DNA of 64,000 bases from Flavobacteriales bacterium (GTDB lineage: Bacteria; Bacteroidota; Bacteroidia; Flavobacteriales_C; GCA-002722245), in NCBI GenBank assembly GCA_023251075.1, contig JAHEZM010000001.1, forward strand, positions 145,482-209,481, given 5' to 3'. This document shows positions 39,094-48,494 of this stretch, one piece after another (positions within the stretch are counted from its first letter, which is position 1; every line of letters begins with the position of its first letter). A program made the translations under genes and the position numbers. The notes below the pieces were generated by a model. The model was given only the letters and a program-made list of their open reading frames with translations, had not been told where the DNA came from and did not search any database.

Positions 39094-39371
39094 ATGCTAA
39101 AACAATTTTTCATTTCCATTTTTATTCTTTTTTCTTTAACCGCAAAAGCTCAAATGGAGTTAGTGCTACAACAGAAAATGTATATGTGCCCAAATACACT
39201 TTTGGCTTTACCACCGGAATAATCGTTAAGCCTGTTGCACTTTCCTACAAAATAAATGAAAAAATAAATGTTGTAGGAGAATTAAAATACATTGCTACTT
39301 TTCTTCTCGATAAAATAAAATACACACAAAATCAATGTAATTTTGGAATTGGTGTAAATTATGTACTCTGA
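39094..39371 (+). pseudogene. Frameshifted or internally deleted outer-membrane beta-barrel gene remnant
   Basis: Signal peptide MLKQFFISIFILFSLTAKAQ (39094-39153). The barrel-like C-terminus (...NFGIGVNYVL*) follows in the -1 frame. Confidence 0.6.
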
Positions 39372-39429
39372 AATTTTCATTCAAATATTTTCATCAATAT
39401 AAATTCTTAACCACTTAAATTATTAAATC

Positions 39430-40023
39430 ATGAAAAAAGAAATTTCCGCTCCACAGCTCACTAAGTATTCAACCTTCACTTTACTATTCGGCATAATGTG
39501 CTTCTTCGGCAAACCAGCTTACGCTCAGTCGATGATAGAAAGGGAATTAGGTCTGCGCTTTTCAGGACTTGATAAATACAATTTGGTATATAAAGTAAAA
39601 GATTCTGAAAACTTCTACTGGAGATATACTCTTGGAGCTTTAAATCTCGGATTCAGTGATGTTTCTAATGGATACATTAGCTATAGTAATTTAGGAATAG
39701 CTTTTTCCGTAGGTGGAGAAAAGAGATCGAAAATTACAGAGCAACTTAAATTTATTCATGGACTAGAACCCTCATTCTCCTTTGGAATTCAAGCACAAAA
39801 CAACGCGCATATAACACAATACGGTGTTGGATTAGGCTATGTTTTAGGATTTCAATACGATTTTTCCGACAAGTTTTATATGAACATCGAAAGCGTTCCT
39901 TCTGTTAATCTTAATATAACCAATACGGGCGGTTCTGTTTCTTATTACATAAACTCAGGTCTAAATTCAAGCGGGTTGGCATTAAGTTTAGTATATAAGT
40001 TTAAAACAGAAAATAAATATTAG
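39430..40023 (+). CDS. Hypothetical outer-membrane beta-barrel protein
   Basis: Signal peptide ending AYA-Q; GLGYVLGFQYDFSDKFY and terminal LSLVYKF strand. Confidence 0.7.
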   Translation: MKKEISAPQLTKYSTFTLLFGIMCFFGKPAYAQSMIERELGLRFSGLDKYNLVYKVKDSENFYWRYTLGALNLGFSDVSNGYISYSNLGIAFSVGGEKRSKITEQLKFIHGLEPSFSFGIQAQNNAHITQYGVGLGYVLGFQYDFSDKFYMNIESVPSVNLNITNTGGSVSYYINSGLNSSGLALSLVYKFKTENKY

Positions 40024-40081
40024 ACCTTGTTAATACGTCTCCGGTAAATTTTCATTTTAGCGGAATCTTTTTATTAATATT

Positions 40082-40223
40082 GACTTATACGACGATAATT
40101 TCTTCGCTCAGCTCAGAAGATTGAAAATAGAGCTACGCAGCGTGAAACAGATACGAATAATTTCGGAAATGAAAACACAGTTGTAATCCCGAACGAAGCG
40201 AAGAAGTTATCGTCGTATAAGTC
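40082..40223. repeat. Palindromic element, family B-related, copy B3
   Basis: 27-bp terminal IR GACTTATACGACGATAATTTCTTCGCT / AGCGAAGAAGTTATCGTCGTATAAGTC (1 mismatch). Shares the TATA-G/C-GACGATA..TTC terminus with B1 and B2. Confidence 0.82.
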
Positions 40224-40228
40224 TACTT

Positions 40229-41716
40229 TTAATACCCCCCCAACAACACCTTATCAACTATCACAAATTCCGACTTCGACGCTTCACATAGCGAACAGAA
40301 ATAAGAATCCGGTATCATTTCAAAAGAAGTACCCGCAGCAATATTTTGCTCTGGATCACCAAGTGAAGGATCATATACCGAAAGGCATTGAGGACATTGG
40401 TGTATAAAAACAGAAACATTTTCCTTTGAAGAAATTTTTTCCTCCGTTTTGAATTCTATAGCAACTGCTTTTTCTGATTTGTAGGCATAAAAAGCTTCGG
40501 CTGCTTTTCTTAATTTTTTAGGCAATTGCCATTTAAAATTCTTTTTACTGAAAACAAAACCTGTTCTGGCGTTGGGATTGAAATCATTGGCGCACAAAAC
40601 ATCATAACAATACAGCAACACATATTTACCCAATCTGATTAGCGGTTTTCTTCTTACAAGAATGCTACTGAAAACCTCACTTTTGGTGCGGGTTTTAATT
40701 CCAAAACAAATCGCGAATGTACGGATGTCGTCTTTATTAAAATGCTTTACAATATATCTTTTAAGCTCCAGCGCCTCTTTACTTTGATCTTCCACCTGGA
40801 AATTTAATTCGTTGGCGGCATGACGAACATTGATCATGTGTTTCGCTAAAATTTCATCCCACAATACTCTATCCTTATCTTCAATTCCCTTTATCATCAA
40901 TGATTTCCAGGGAGTAGAACAAATTTGTCCGACTTTGGTTTTCAAACACAACTCACATAAATCAATTAAAAAATCTACACTAAATTTTTCATCCCTCCTG
41001 TAAATCCCCAACCAGAAATAATTATTGTTGTAGCGATTAAATCCTTCGTAATAAGGCAAACGGAAAGAAATGGGTTTCAGTGAATCCTCTATCGGTTTAG
41101 TATTAAATCGTTGTTTCGATTTCATCATTTCGTACAACAACTCACCATCGGCATTTACATTGTCGAAGAAAAAATCATAATGCTTGAAAACAGTTTCTTC
41201 AATTTGTTTCGATACAGCAACTACATCATTGGTATACACCAATTCTTTCCATTCATAAATTTTATTGGTCTTTGGAAAACGAATAAACAAATACCAGAAG
41301 TGTAAACTGGAAGAAGCCACCCAATTGATGTTTCCGGTAAAAAGAGGTGATAAACTTTGATTGTTATCGGAAATATTGATTTTCAATTTCGGAGTATAAT
41401 CGAGCATATCAAAAATATCTTTGTACACCCCTTCACTCACCCATGTTTTATTTGCAAATGTTTCTGTTGCAGGATAAGAGCTTACTACATTAGGGTGATC
41501 ATCAGAATTTTCTTCGAAAGAAAGATTCAATTCACGCAAAAGAGAAAGTAACAAATAATAACTTTCTGCACCGGTTTCTATTATTAATTGTTGGCGCAAA
41601 CCAAAACTAACTTCGCCAATCCATATATCTTTTGCATGCTTTAAAATTTTCAAAAGCTCACCGGGAGAAATAAGTCCGCCTGTAAAATTAATTTTTATAT
41701 ATCCTTTCTTTACCAT
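40229..41716 (-). CDS. Nitrite/sulfite-reductase-like scaffold fused to a C-terminal rubredoxin domain
   Basis: GGLISPGEL..FGLRQQL and ICSTPWKSL resemble NIR_SIR ferredoxin-like half-domains. C-terminal CPQCLSVYDP..GDP......GTSFE.IPDSYFCSLC is a rubredoxin motif. Confidence 0.82.
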   Translation of the reverse strand: MVKKGYIKINFTGGLISPGELLKILKHAKDIWIGEVSFGLRQQLIIETGAESYYLLLSLLRELNLSFEENSDDHPNVVSSYPATETFANKTWVSEGVYKDIFDMLDYTPKLKINISDNNQSLSPLFTGNINWVASSSLHFWYLFIRFPKTNKIYEWKELVYTNDVVAVSKQIEETVFKHYDFFFDNVNADGELLYEMMKSKQRFNTKPIEDSLKPISFRLPYYEGFNRYNNNYFWLGIYRRDEKFSVDFLIDLCELCLKTKVGQICSTPWKSLMIKGIEDKDRVLWDEILAKHMINVRHAANELNFQVEDQSKEALELKRYIVKHFNKDDIRTFAICFGIKTRTKSEVFSSILVRRKPLIRLGKYVLLYCYDVLCANDFNPNARTGFVFSKKNFKWQLPKKLRKAAEAFYAYKSEKAVAIEFKTEEKISSKENVSVFIHQCPQCLSVYDPSLGDPEQNIAAGTSFEMIPDSYFCSLCEASKSEFVIVDKVLLGGY

Positions 41717-41739
41717 TTGTTATTTATTCATTGAGTATT

Positions 41740-41885
41740 GTCTTTACTTCTCCCTTTTTTAAAGGGAGAGTGCGAAATTGCCTGTGAAGGAGCAAGAGGG
41801 ATTTTTTCATACTCATTAAATCCCTCTTGCCTTTGCCCACAAAAAGCCAACACACTCTCCCTTTAAAAAAGGGAGAAGTAAAGAC
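41740..41885. repeat. Nested-palindrome element, family A, divergent copy A3
   Basis: Perfect 33-bp outer IR 41740-41772/41853-41885, each arm with its own CTCCCTTT..AAAGGGAG hairpin. Inner IR GCAAGAGGGATTT/AAATCCCTCTTGC. Confidence 0.9.
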
Positions 41886-41920
41886 CGCTTCCCAAATATT
41901 TTTCAAAATACTTTTCATTT

Positions 41921-44900
41921 TCACACTACTACCTCTTCTTTTATTTTCATAGAATCAAGAGTACGCTCCAAAATACTTTTCACTTCAGGTTTACAGCTAC
42001 CACAACCCAATCCGGCTCCAGATAACTGACATAATTTTTTAAAACCACTACAACCTTCTTTTATTTTATTTTCAATATTTTCTTCCCCCACACTACCACA
42101 ACTACAAATCAGTTTACCTAAAACAGGTTCCCCTTTTTTACCCGAACGAAGTAAGGTTAAGCGCTTCTCGGAAAGCTCTATTTTCTTTTCTATCAATTCA
42201 CGAAATTCCTGAAACTCTGATTTATCGCCAATCAATATGGCACCCACCAAGCGGTCGTTATGAATAATGCATTTTTTATAATAGCGTTTTGCTTTATCTA
42301 TGAACACCACTTCTTCATAGGAAGGATCATCAGGACATTCACTCAAGCCTAAAGAACACAAATCGGTACCATGCATTTTTAAAATATTCATCAGCAATGA
42401 ACCTTCATAAAATTTAGAAATATCACCCGACAGATATCTCGCAACAATTTCAGCTTGTTGTTCTGCCGCAGCGGTAATACCATATAAAAATCCTTTAAAT
42501 TCAGCTATTTCGCCAATAGCAAAAATACCGGGATCAGAAGTTTTTAAATATTCATCTACCACTACCCCTCTCTTGGTTTCTACACCACATGCTTTTGCAA
42601 TTTCAATATTAGGAACTGTACCGATAGCAATTACAACAGCCTGACAAGCGATAGTTAATCCACTTTTTAAAATCAACCCTTCTACTGTATCACTTCCTAT
42701 AAAACGATTGATTTCATCGTTGTAATAAATATCAATTCCTTTATCACTTAATTCTTCATGAAGAAGCTGACTTCCCAAGGCATCCAGCTGCCTGTCCATC
42801 AACCTAGAAATACGTTGAATCACCACCACCTCTGCACTTATTTCACGCAATGAAGCAGCGAGCTCTATACCTAAAAGTCCGCCACCCACAATCACCACTT
42901 TACCCGCAGAAATATTCAAATGTTTTTTAAAATTATCGGCATCTACCCTGCTACGCATTGTAAAAATACCTTTCATCAATGGCACATCTTTAAGCATTGC
43001 AGCTCTACTTCCTGTGGCCATTAATAAAACATCGTAAGAATGTACATTACCCTTACTATCTAAAATCTTTTTATTGAAACGATCAATACTATTAACACCC
43101 ACTCCTCTATGTAATGTAATGTTGTAGCTTTGCTCTTCATCATCTTTCATTTTCACCAACTGCTCCCATTTTTGAGTTCCGCTGATATAATCGGGAAGCA
43201 TTACTCTATTGTAAAAAGGAAAATTTTCTTTGCTAAACACTACTATTTCATCGTTAACGTTTAATTCACGATACGACTTAACAAAACCATACGCACCTGC
43301 ACCTGCACCAATCACCACAATTTTTTGTTTTTGTTTTTTATACAATTTCACTTGTACCGCAGAGAATTTAAAATCGGGTTCTTTAGAGCGTGCATCTACT
43401 AAATTATTGGTGACGTTATTAGTACGATTCAAATCGCTTTTTAAAATTTTGCCCCAATGCATCGGCAGAAAAACCACCCCTTTTTTGATGTCACTGGAAA
43501 TTTTTGCTTTCACACGAACGTCACCTCGAGGAGTTAAAACTTCAATTAAATTGCCCTCTAAAATATTTCGTTCTTCAGCATCTTCAGGATGAATTTCCAA
43601 AAAAGATTCGGAGATATGTTGTTTTAATTTATTCACCTTTCCTGTTTTACTCATCGTATGCCATTGATCGCGAATTCGGCCCGTGGTAAGGATCAGCGGA
43701 AAAGAAGGATTTATATTTTCCGACAAATTAGCATCGGAAAAACTATGGATGACAGCTTTTTTAGAAGGCGTAAAAAACTGGTGATTGGTAAATAAACGTG
43801 GAGTACCATTTTCTGCAGAGCCTTTTGGATAAGGCCATTGCACACTTCTAGTTTTTTTGAGAATGGAATAATCGAGTCCGGTAATATCAATATTTGTTCC
43901 TCTTGTAGAAGCACAATGCTCAGCATAAATTTCTTCAGGATTTTTAAAATTAAATCCGCTATAACCCATTTTACGGGCAAAGCGACAAATTATTTCTGCA
44001 TCGGGAAGTGCTTCGCCGGGAGCATTCATCACCTTGCTTAACAAAGAAATTCTTCTTTCTGCATTGGTCATAGTCCCCTCTTTCTCCGTCCACGCTGCAG
44101 CAGGTAAAACCACATCAGCATATTGCAAAGTTTCGGGTTTGTTAGAAATATCCTGCACCACCACAAACTTTGCTTTCTTCAAACCTTCTTCCGCCAAACG
44201 CACATCGGGCAAGCTAATAAGCGGATTGGTACAAATAATCCAAATGGCTTTTAAGCGACCGTCATTCAAAGCCTGAAACATTTCAGTAGCGGTGAGTCCG
44301 GGTTTTTCAGGAACACTTTTCACTCCCCAGAATTTAGCGACTTCTTCACGATGAAGAGGATCGGCTAAATTTCGATGGGCCGATAATAAATTGGCCATAC
44401 CACCCACTTCACGTCCACCCATTGCATTGGGCTGACCCGTTAATGAAAATGGCCCCGAGCCTGGTTTTCCAATGTGACCGGTAATTAAATTCAAATTAAT
44501 TAAGCTCAAATTTTTATTCACACCAATCACACTTTGGTTCAATCCCATCGTCCACATAGTGATAAAACCTTTTGCATTACCAATGTAAGAAGCCGCCAGG
44601 CGGATATCACTTTCAGCGATACCGCAAATTTCAGCAGCCTCCTGAACAGTGCGCTGCATCACCGTTTCATTGTACTTATCAAAACCTTCTGAATGATTTT
44701 GAATGAAATTCACATCCACATTTCCTTCTTCAATCAAGCATCTTCCTATGGCATGATGAAGAGTTATATCTGTTCCTGGATTGAGCTGCAAATGAACATT
44801 TGCATAAGCACAGGTTTGTGTTTTACGTGGATCGCTGACAATAATTTTGAGTGCCGGATTTTTTTCACGCGCCATTTCTATCCTTCTCCATATGATAGGA

Positions 44901-45436
44901 TGGCACCAAGCAGGATTTGCTCCCGCAACAAAAATACAATCGGCAATTTCAAGGTCATCATAAGTCACCGGTACACTGTCTTCTCCTAACGACAGCTTGT
45001 ATCCTACCACTGCGCTGCTCATACACAAGCGCGAATTGGTATCAATATTATTACTGCCGATGTAGCCCTTAATTAATTTATTGATGACATAATATTCTTC
45101 GGTGAGGCATTGTCCCGATGCATAGAAAGCAACAGAATCCGGACCATATTTATTAATCATTGTTTTAAAAACCGCTGCTGTTCTTTCCAAAGCCTGATCC
45201 CAGGAAACTCTTTGTTTGGGAGAATTTTTATTGTAACGCATTTCAGGATAAAGCAAACGATCACTTTGATCATTTACTGTATAATGCAAATTCATTCCTT
45301 TGGAACAAAGCATCCCGCGGTTCACGGGATGATCTTTATCTCCTTCCACAGAAATTTTTCCCTGTCGGTCTTTGTGCACTACTACGCCACAGCCAACACC
45401 ACAATAACAGCAAGTTGTTTTGAAAGATTCCGTCAT
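41921..45436 (-). CDS. nasA: Assimilatory nitrate reductase (Mo-bisMGD, 4Fe-4S) fused to an NAD(P)H/FAD oxidoreductase and a BFD-like 2Fe-2S domain
   Basis: CCYCGVGC..LCSKG, NSRLCM, GQPNAMGGRE, TTGRIRDQWHTM; then GAGAGA and GGGLLGIE Rossmann motifs and CSC...CGSC. Confidence 0.92.
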   Translation of the reverse strand: MTESFKTTCCYCGVGCGVVVHKDRQGKISVEGDKDHPVNRGMLCSKGMNLHYTVNDQSDRLLYPEMRYNKNSPKQRVSWDQALERTAAVFKTMINKYGPDSVAFYASGQCLTEEYYVINKLIKGYIGSNNIDTNSRLCMSSAVVGYKLSLGEDSVPVTYDDLEIADCIFVAGANPAWCHPIIWRRIEMAREKNPALKIIVSDPRKTQTCAYANVHLQLNPGTDITLHHAIGRCLIEEGNVDVNFIQNHSEGFDKYNETVMQRTVQEAAEICGIAESDIRLAASYIGNAKGFITMWTMGLNQSVIGVNKNLSLINLNLITGHIGKPGSGPFSLTGQPNAMGGREVGGMANLLSAHRNLADPLHREEVAKFWGVKSVPEKPGLTATEMFQALNDGRLKAIWIICTNPLISLPDVRLAEEGLKKAKFVVVQDISNKPETLQYADVVLPAAAWTEKEGTMTNAERRISLLSKVMNAPGEALPDAEIICRFARKMGYSGFNFKNPEEIYAEHCASTRGTNIDITGLDYSILKKTRSVQWPYPKGSAENGTPRLFTNHQFFTPSKKAVIHSFSDANLSENINPSFPLILTTGRIRDQWHTMSKTGKVNKLKQHISESFLEIHPEDAEERNILEGNLIEVLTPRGDVRVKAKISSDIKKGVVFLPMHWGKILKSDLNRTNNVTNNLVDARSKEPDFKFSAVQVKLYKKQKQKIVVIGAGAGAYGFVKSYRELNVNDEIVVFSKENFPFYNRVMLPDYISGTQKWEQLVKMKDDEEQSYNITLHRGVGVNSIDRFNKKILDSKGNVHSYDVLLMATGSRAAMLKDVPLMKGIFTMRSRVDADNFKKHLNISAGKVVIVGGGLLGIELAASLREISAEVVVIQRISRLMDRQLDALGSQLLHEELSDKGIDIYYNDEINRFIGSDTVEGLILKSGLTIACQAVVIAIGTVPNIEIAKACGVETKRGVVVDEYLKTSDPGIFAIGEIAEFKGFLYGITAAAEQQAEIVARYLSGDISKFYEGSLLMNILKMHGTDLCSLGLSECPDDPSYEEVVFIDKAKRYYKKCIIHNDRLVGAILIGDKSEFQEFRELIEKKIELSEKRLTLLRSGKKGEPVLGKLICSCGSVGEENIENKIKEGCSGFKKLCQLSGAGLGCGSCKPEVKSILERTLDSMKIKEEVVV

Positions 45437-45444
45437 ATTATTTT

Positions 45445-46740
45445 TTATGCCATTGCAACATTACTCACTTCAGTTACTTCTGATTTTTTAAAACGGGTAA
45501 TGAAAATGATCAATGCTACAAAAACCACAATGAAACCAATATATTTAAAAGCTTCCACGTAAGTGATAGATTCCGATTTGAATAAAAATCCAAACATCAT
45601 TCCGCCTACATTTCCACCGGCACCCACGATACCACTTACCATCCCTACATTTTTTTCATTCACAAAAGGAACTATCGCGTAAGTACCGCCATTGGCCATT
45701 TTCAAGAACAATGCAAAAAGAAGCATACTTAAAATCGCCATGGCCAATGAACCTGCAAAAGAGAAGAAAATCAAACCTATACCTTCCAGCAAAAGTACTC
45801 CGGCCAAAAATAAACCTTTGCCTTTCATTCCCCATTTGCTGCCAATTTTATCGGCAAAAATTCCACCGAGTGCACGAGCAAAAATATTCATGAAGCCAAA
45901 CACACCAGCCCAAAATCCAGCGCTTCCCTGATCCAATTTAAACTCATCTACAAAGTGAAGAGCGGCAACGTTATCAAAAGTAATTTCCATTCCAAAACAC
46001 ACAGCATAAGCCAGAGCCAAAGCCCACACACGCCAGTCGTATAAAACCGTCCAATCACTTTTTTTATCTACCGCCGTTCTATTAATTTCATTATAATTTC
46101 CTGCAGGAGTATCTTTAGTAAACTTGTAATAAACAAAAGCCATCACCAATAATAATACTCCGGGAAGAATCATAGCATAACGCCATGCATCGCTTTTAAC
46201 ATAGCCCATTCCCACAATCACCGCAAACACCACCGGCATAAACATATTGGTAATACCACCACCTAAATTTCCCCATCCGCCAGCTACTGCGTTGGCAGTA
46301 CCTTTAATTTTAGGAGCAAACATCATGGAAGTGTGAAACTGCGTAATTACAAAAGAAGCACCCACTACACCTATGGCAAAACGGAACAAAAGAAAAGTGG
46401 TGTAATCGGTTGCGAGTCCAACACACATTACCGGAAAAGCACAAACAGCAAGCAAAGCGGTGTAAGTTTTACGCGGTCCCCAAGTATCACATAAACGACC
46501 AATCACCAAACGCGCAATAATAGTTGCTGATACCGCAGCAATAATAGTGTTTCCTACCTGAGCTTTGCTTAAACCCAAATCTTCACGAATAGTGGGCATG
46601 AGCGGAGCGAGTCCGAACCACGCAAAAAAGCAAGTAAAAAAAGTAAGCCAGGTGATGTGAAAAGTACGCATTTGCACACCTTTGAATTTCAAAACATTTA
46701 GTTTTTCAAGAGGTTTGTTTAAAGTGAGATTGTTTTCCAT
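45445..46740 (-). CDS. narK: NarK/NRT2-type nitrate/nitrite MFS transporter
   Basis: Nitrate signature GTANAVAGGWGNLGGG, ARALGGIFADK, GIVGAGGNVGG. Confidence 0.92.
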   Translation of the reverse strand: MENNLTLNKPLEKLNVLKFKGVQMRTFHITWLTFFTCFFAWFGLAPLMPTIREDLGLSKAQVGNTIIAAVSATIIARLVIGRLCDTWGPRKTYTALLAVCAFPVMCVGLATDYTTFLLFRFAIGVVGASFVITQFHTSMMFAPKIKGTANAVAGGWGNLGGGITNMFMPVVFAVIVGMGYVKSDAWRYAMILPGVLLLVMAFVYYKFTKDTPAGNYNEINRTAVDKKSDWTVLYDWRVWALALAYAVCFGMEITFDNVAALHFVDEFKLDQGSAGFWAGVFGFMNIFARALGGIFADKIGSKWGMKGKGLFLAGVLLLEGIGLIFFSFAGSLAMAILSMLLFALFLKMANGGTYAIVPFVNEKNVGMVSGIVGAGGNVGGMMFGFLFKSESITYVEAFKYIGFIVVFVALIIFITRFKKSEVTEVSNVAMA

Positions 46741-46760
46741 TTTTTCAGTTTTTATAGTTT

Positions 46761-48110
46761 TTATTTGGAGAGAAAATCAGGTTTAATAATTAACATTAAA
46801 TAAGCCCAATTACTATTTGAATTTGAATTAGCCACATTTTTAACATTTAATGAAGTAAGTGTAGAGGTGGTGAAATAATGACTATAGCCCAATTCAAATC
46901 CTATGATTTTAGTGAGCTGACAAGTCGCCACCAAATCGATTTCTGTTCCAAAGTTTTTATCCAGTTTAGTTACATTATTGGCAGCGTAAACATCAGAAGC
47001 TGCAAAAAACTGATGTGCATCGGCAAGCAACATACATTTTTCAGAAAGCTTCCATTTCGATTTGAGATAAATATCCTGCAATCCCGATTTTCCAAACCCG
47101 CTGGCTACATAATAGTAATCCATAAAACCCCAAAATTTATGAGGTGTTCCATACAAAGGATCAAACACATTCGCTGCCGAACCACCAGAAGTATAATCGT
47201 AACCTGCACCTACTCCCAATTTTTTTCCTATGTTGTACATCGCAACACCAGAATACATGTAAGCATTCATCACCTGCCCTGTAGAATTTTTTCCAAACTG
47301 ATAATACCCCGAAGCAGTAGCAGAAATATTTTTGATGGTTTTATTAAAATAAAATCCTGTTGTTGAACGTGCCCACAAACCTAAATCGGGAACTTTAGTA
47401 GAAGTTCCACTTATCACTTCTGTATGGAATTTATTAAACTGATCGGTAAAAAAGAGCAAAGAAAAAATTCCATCTTTTAATTTTTTAGCTGCATATAAAT
47501 ACTGCATTCCTTTATACATGGCACCACCGTTTGTAGAAGAGGTATAAGTTCCCGGAGGAGTATTGTTGTATAATGTACCTGAAGAAAGTTCTTTATTTTG
47601 ATTGTATGCAACACCCAAATGAAACATGTATTTTGGGTTGTCGAATTTTAAAACAGCCGCATCATGTCTTCTTCCTTGTTGCAGCCAATCAAGGTTTCCT
47701 AGTAAGCGTGAATCATCGTACATCAATTCTTGTCGGCCGAATTTTAAAGAAAAAATTCCTTTTTTATAAGTAGTATCTGAAAGCATAATTTCAGCCCATG
47801 CCTCATGCAAAATAGTTCCGTTGTAATCGGTAGCTGTGGTTCTATTGATCGTAGAAACGTCTTGTCCCCACACACGAACATCTTGTAAAGTCAACCCCAT
47901 TTTGAGTCGGTAAGCAGTATATCCTAAAATAAGTCGGGTGCGTTGCGAAGTAAAAAATGCGGGGTTGGCAGTTGATGACAGAGGGGCACCTTGTCCGTTG
48001 CGAAATTCAGATCGCGTGCGCAATTGTGCACCGGCACTAAATTGTGCGTTAAGAGGAATGGACGACAGGAGCAATAATCCTGTGAACAAAAATAAATTCC
48101 GTATTTTCAT
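46761..48110 (-). CDS. Alginate-export (AlgE-like) outer-membrane porin family protein
   Basis: Signal peptide; LRTRSEFR, QDVRVWG, GRQEL.YDD.RLLGNLDW.Q.GR.HDA and FDPLYGT.HKF motifs. Confidence 0.82.
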   Translation of the reverse strand: MKIRNLFLFTGLLLLSSIPLNAQFSAGAQLRTRSEFRNGQGAPLSSTANPAFFTSQRTRLILGYTAYRLKMGLTLQDVRVWGQDVSTINRTTATDYNGTILHEAWAEIMLSDTTYKKGIFSLKFGRQELMYDDSRLLGNLDWLQQGRRHDAAVLKFDNPKYMFHLGVAYNQNKELSSGTLYNNTPPGTYTSSTNGGAMYKGMQYLYAAKKLKDGIFSLLFFTDQFNKFHTEVISGTSTKVPDLGLWARSTTGFYFNKTIKNISATASGYYQFGKNSTGQVMNAYMYSGVAMYNIGKKLGVGAGYDYTSGGSAANVFDPLYGTPHKFWGFMDYYYVASGFGKSGLQDIYLKSKWKLSEKCMLLADAHQFFAASDVYAANNVTKLDKNFGTEIDLVATCQLTKIIGFELGYSHYFTTSTLTSLNVKNVANSNSNSNWAYLMLIIKPDFLSK

Positions 48111-48149
48111 TTTTAAGTGGATGAATTATGTTAGTATTAAGTTGGCTCA

Positions 48150-48494
48150 TTAATTTACTTTGATGTATACTTTTCCATTTTCAATTTTCACGGGATAAGT
48201 TTTTAAAGAATATTCTTCTCCGCTTGTACAGGATCCCGATTTGAGCGAAAAAGTTTTTTTGTGAAAAGGACAAGCCACTTTAGGCTCGTCTCCTTCAGAA
48301 CCAATCATTCCACGACTGATGGCCATTTGCTGGCGGTGCGGACACATATTCTGTGTAGCGTACCACTCCCCTCTGCGAGTGAAATTGAAGAGGGCAATTT
48401 GCTGATCGCCGTATTTTACACATACCCCGCCGTTAGCCGGAACATCTTCCGCTTTGCAGGCATAAAACCAGATAACTTTTTCTTTTACTTCCAT
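48150..48494 (-). CDS. nirD: Nitrite reductase (NADH) small subunit, Rieske-type
   Basis: NMCPH...ISRG...VACPFHK motifs. Confidence 0.93.
   Translation of the reverse strand: MEVKEKVIWFYACKAEDVPANGGVCVKYGDQQIALFNFTRRGEWYATQNMCPHRQQMAISRGMIGSEGDEPKVACPFHKKTFSLKSGSCTSGEEYSLKTYPVKIENGKVYIKVN

Noticed and set aside
41724-41924. 66-aa ORF spanning element A3, overlapping the nasA stop
   Set aside because: It is almost entirely the palindrome read through. Its peptide is unrelated to the ORF over A2, and A1 has no start codon in the equivalent open frame. It is probably incidental, although translational coupling across the insert cannot be excluded.
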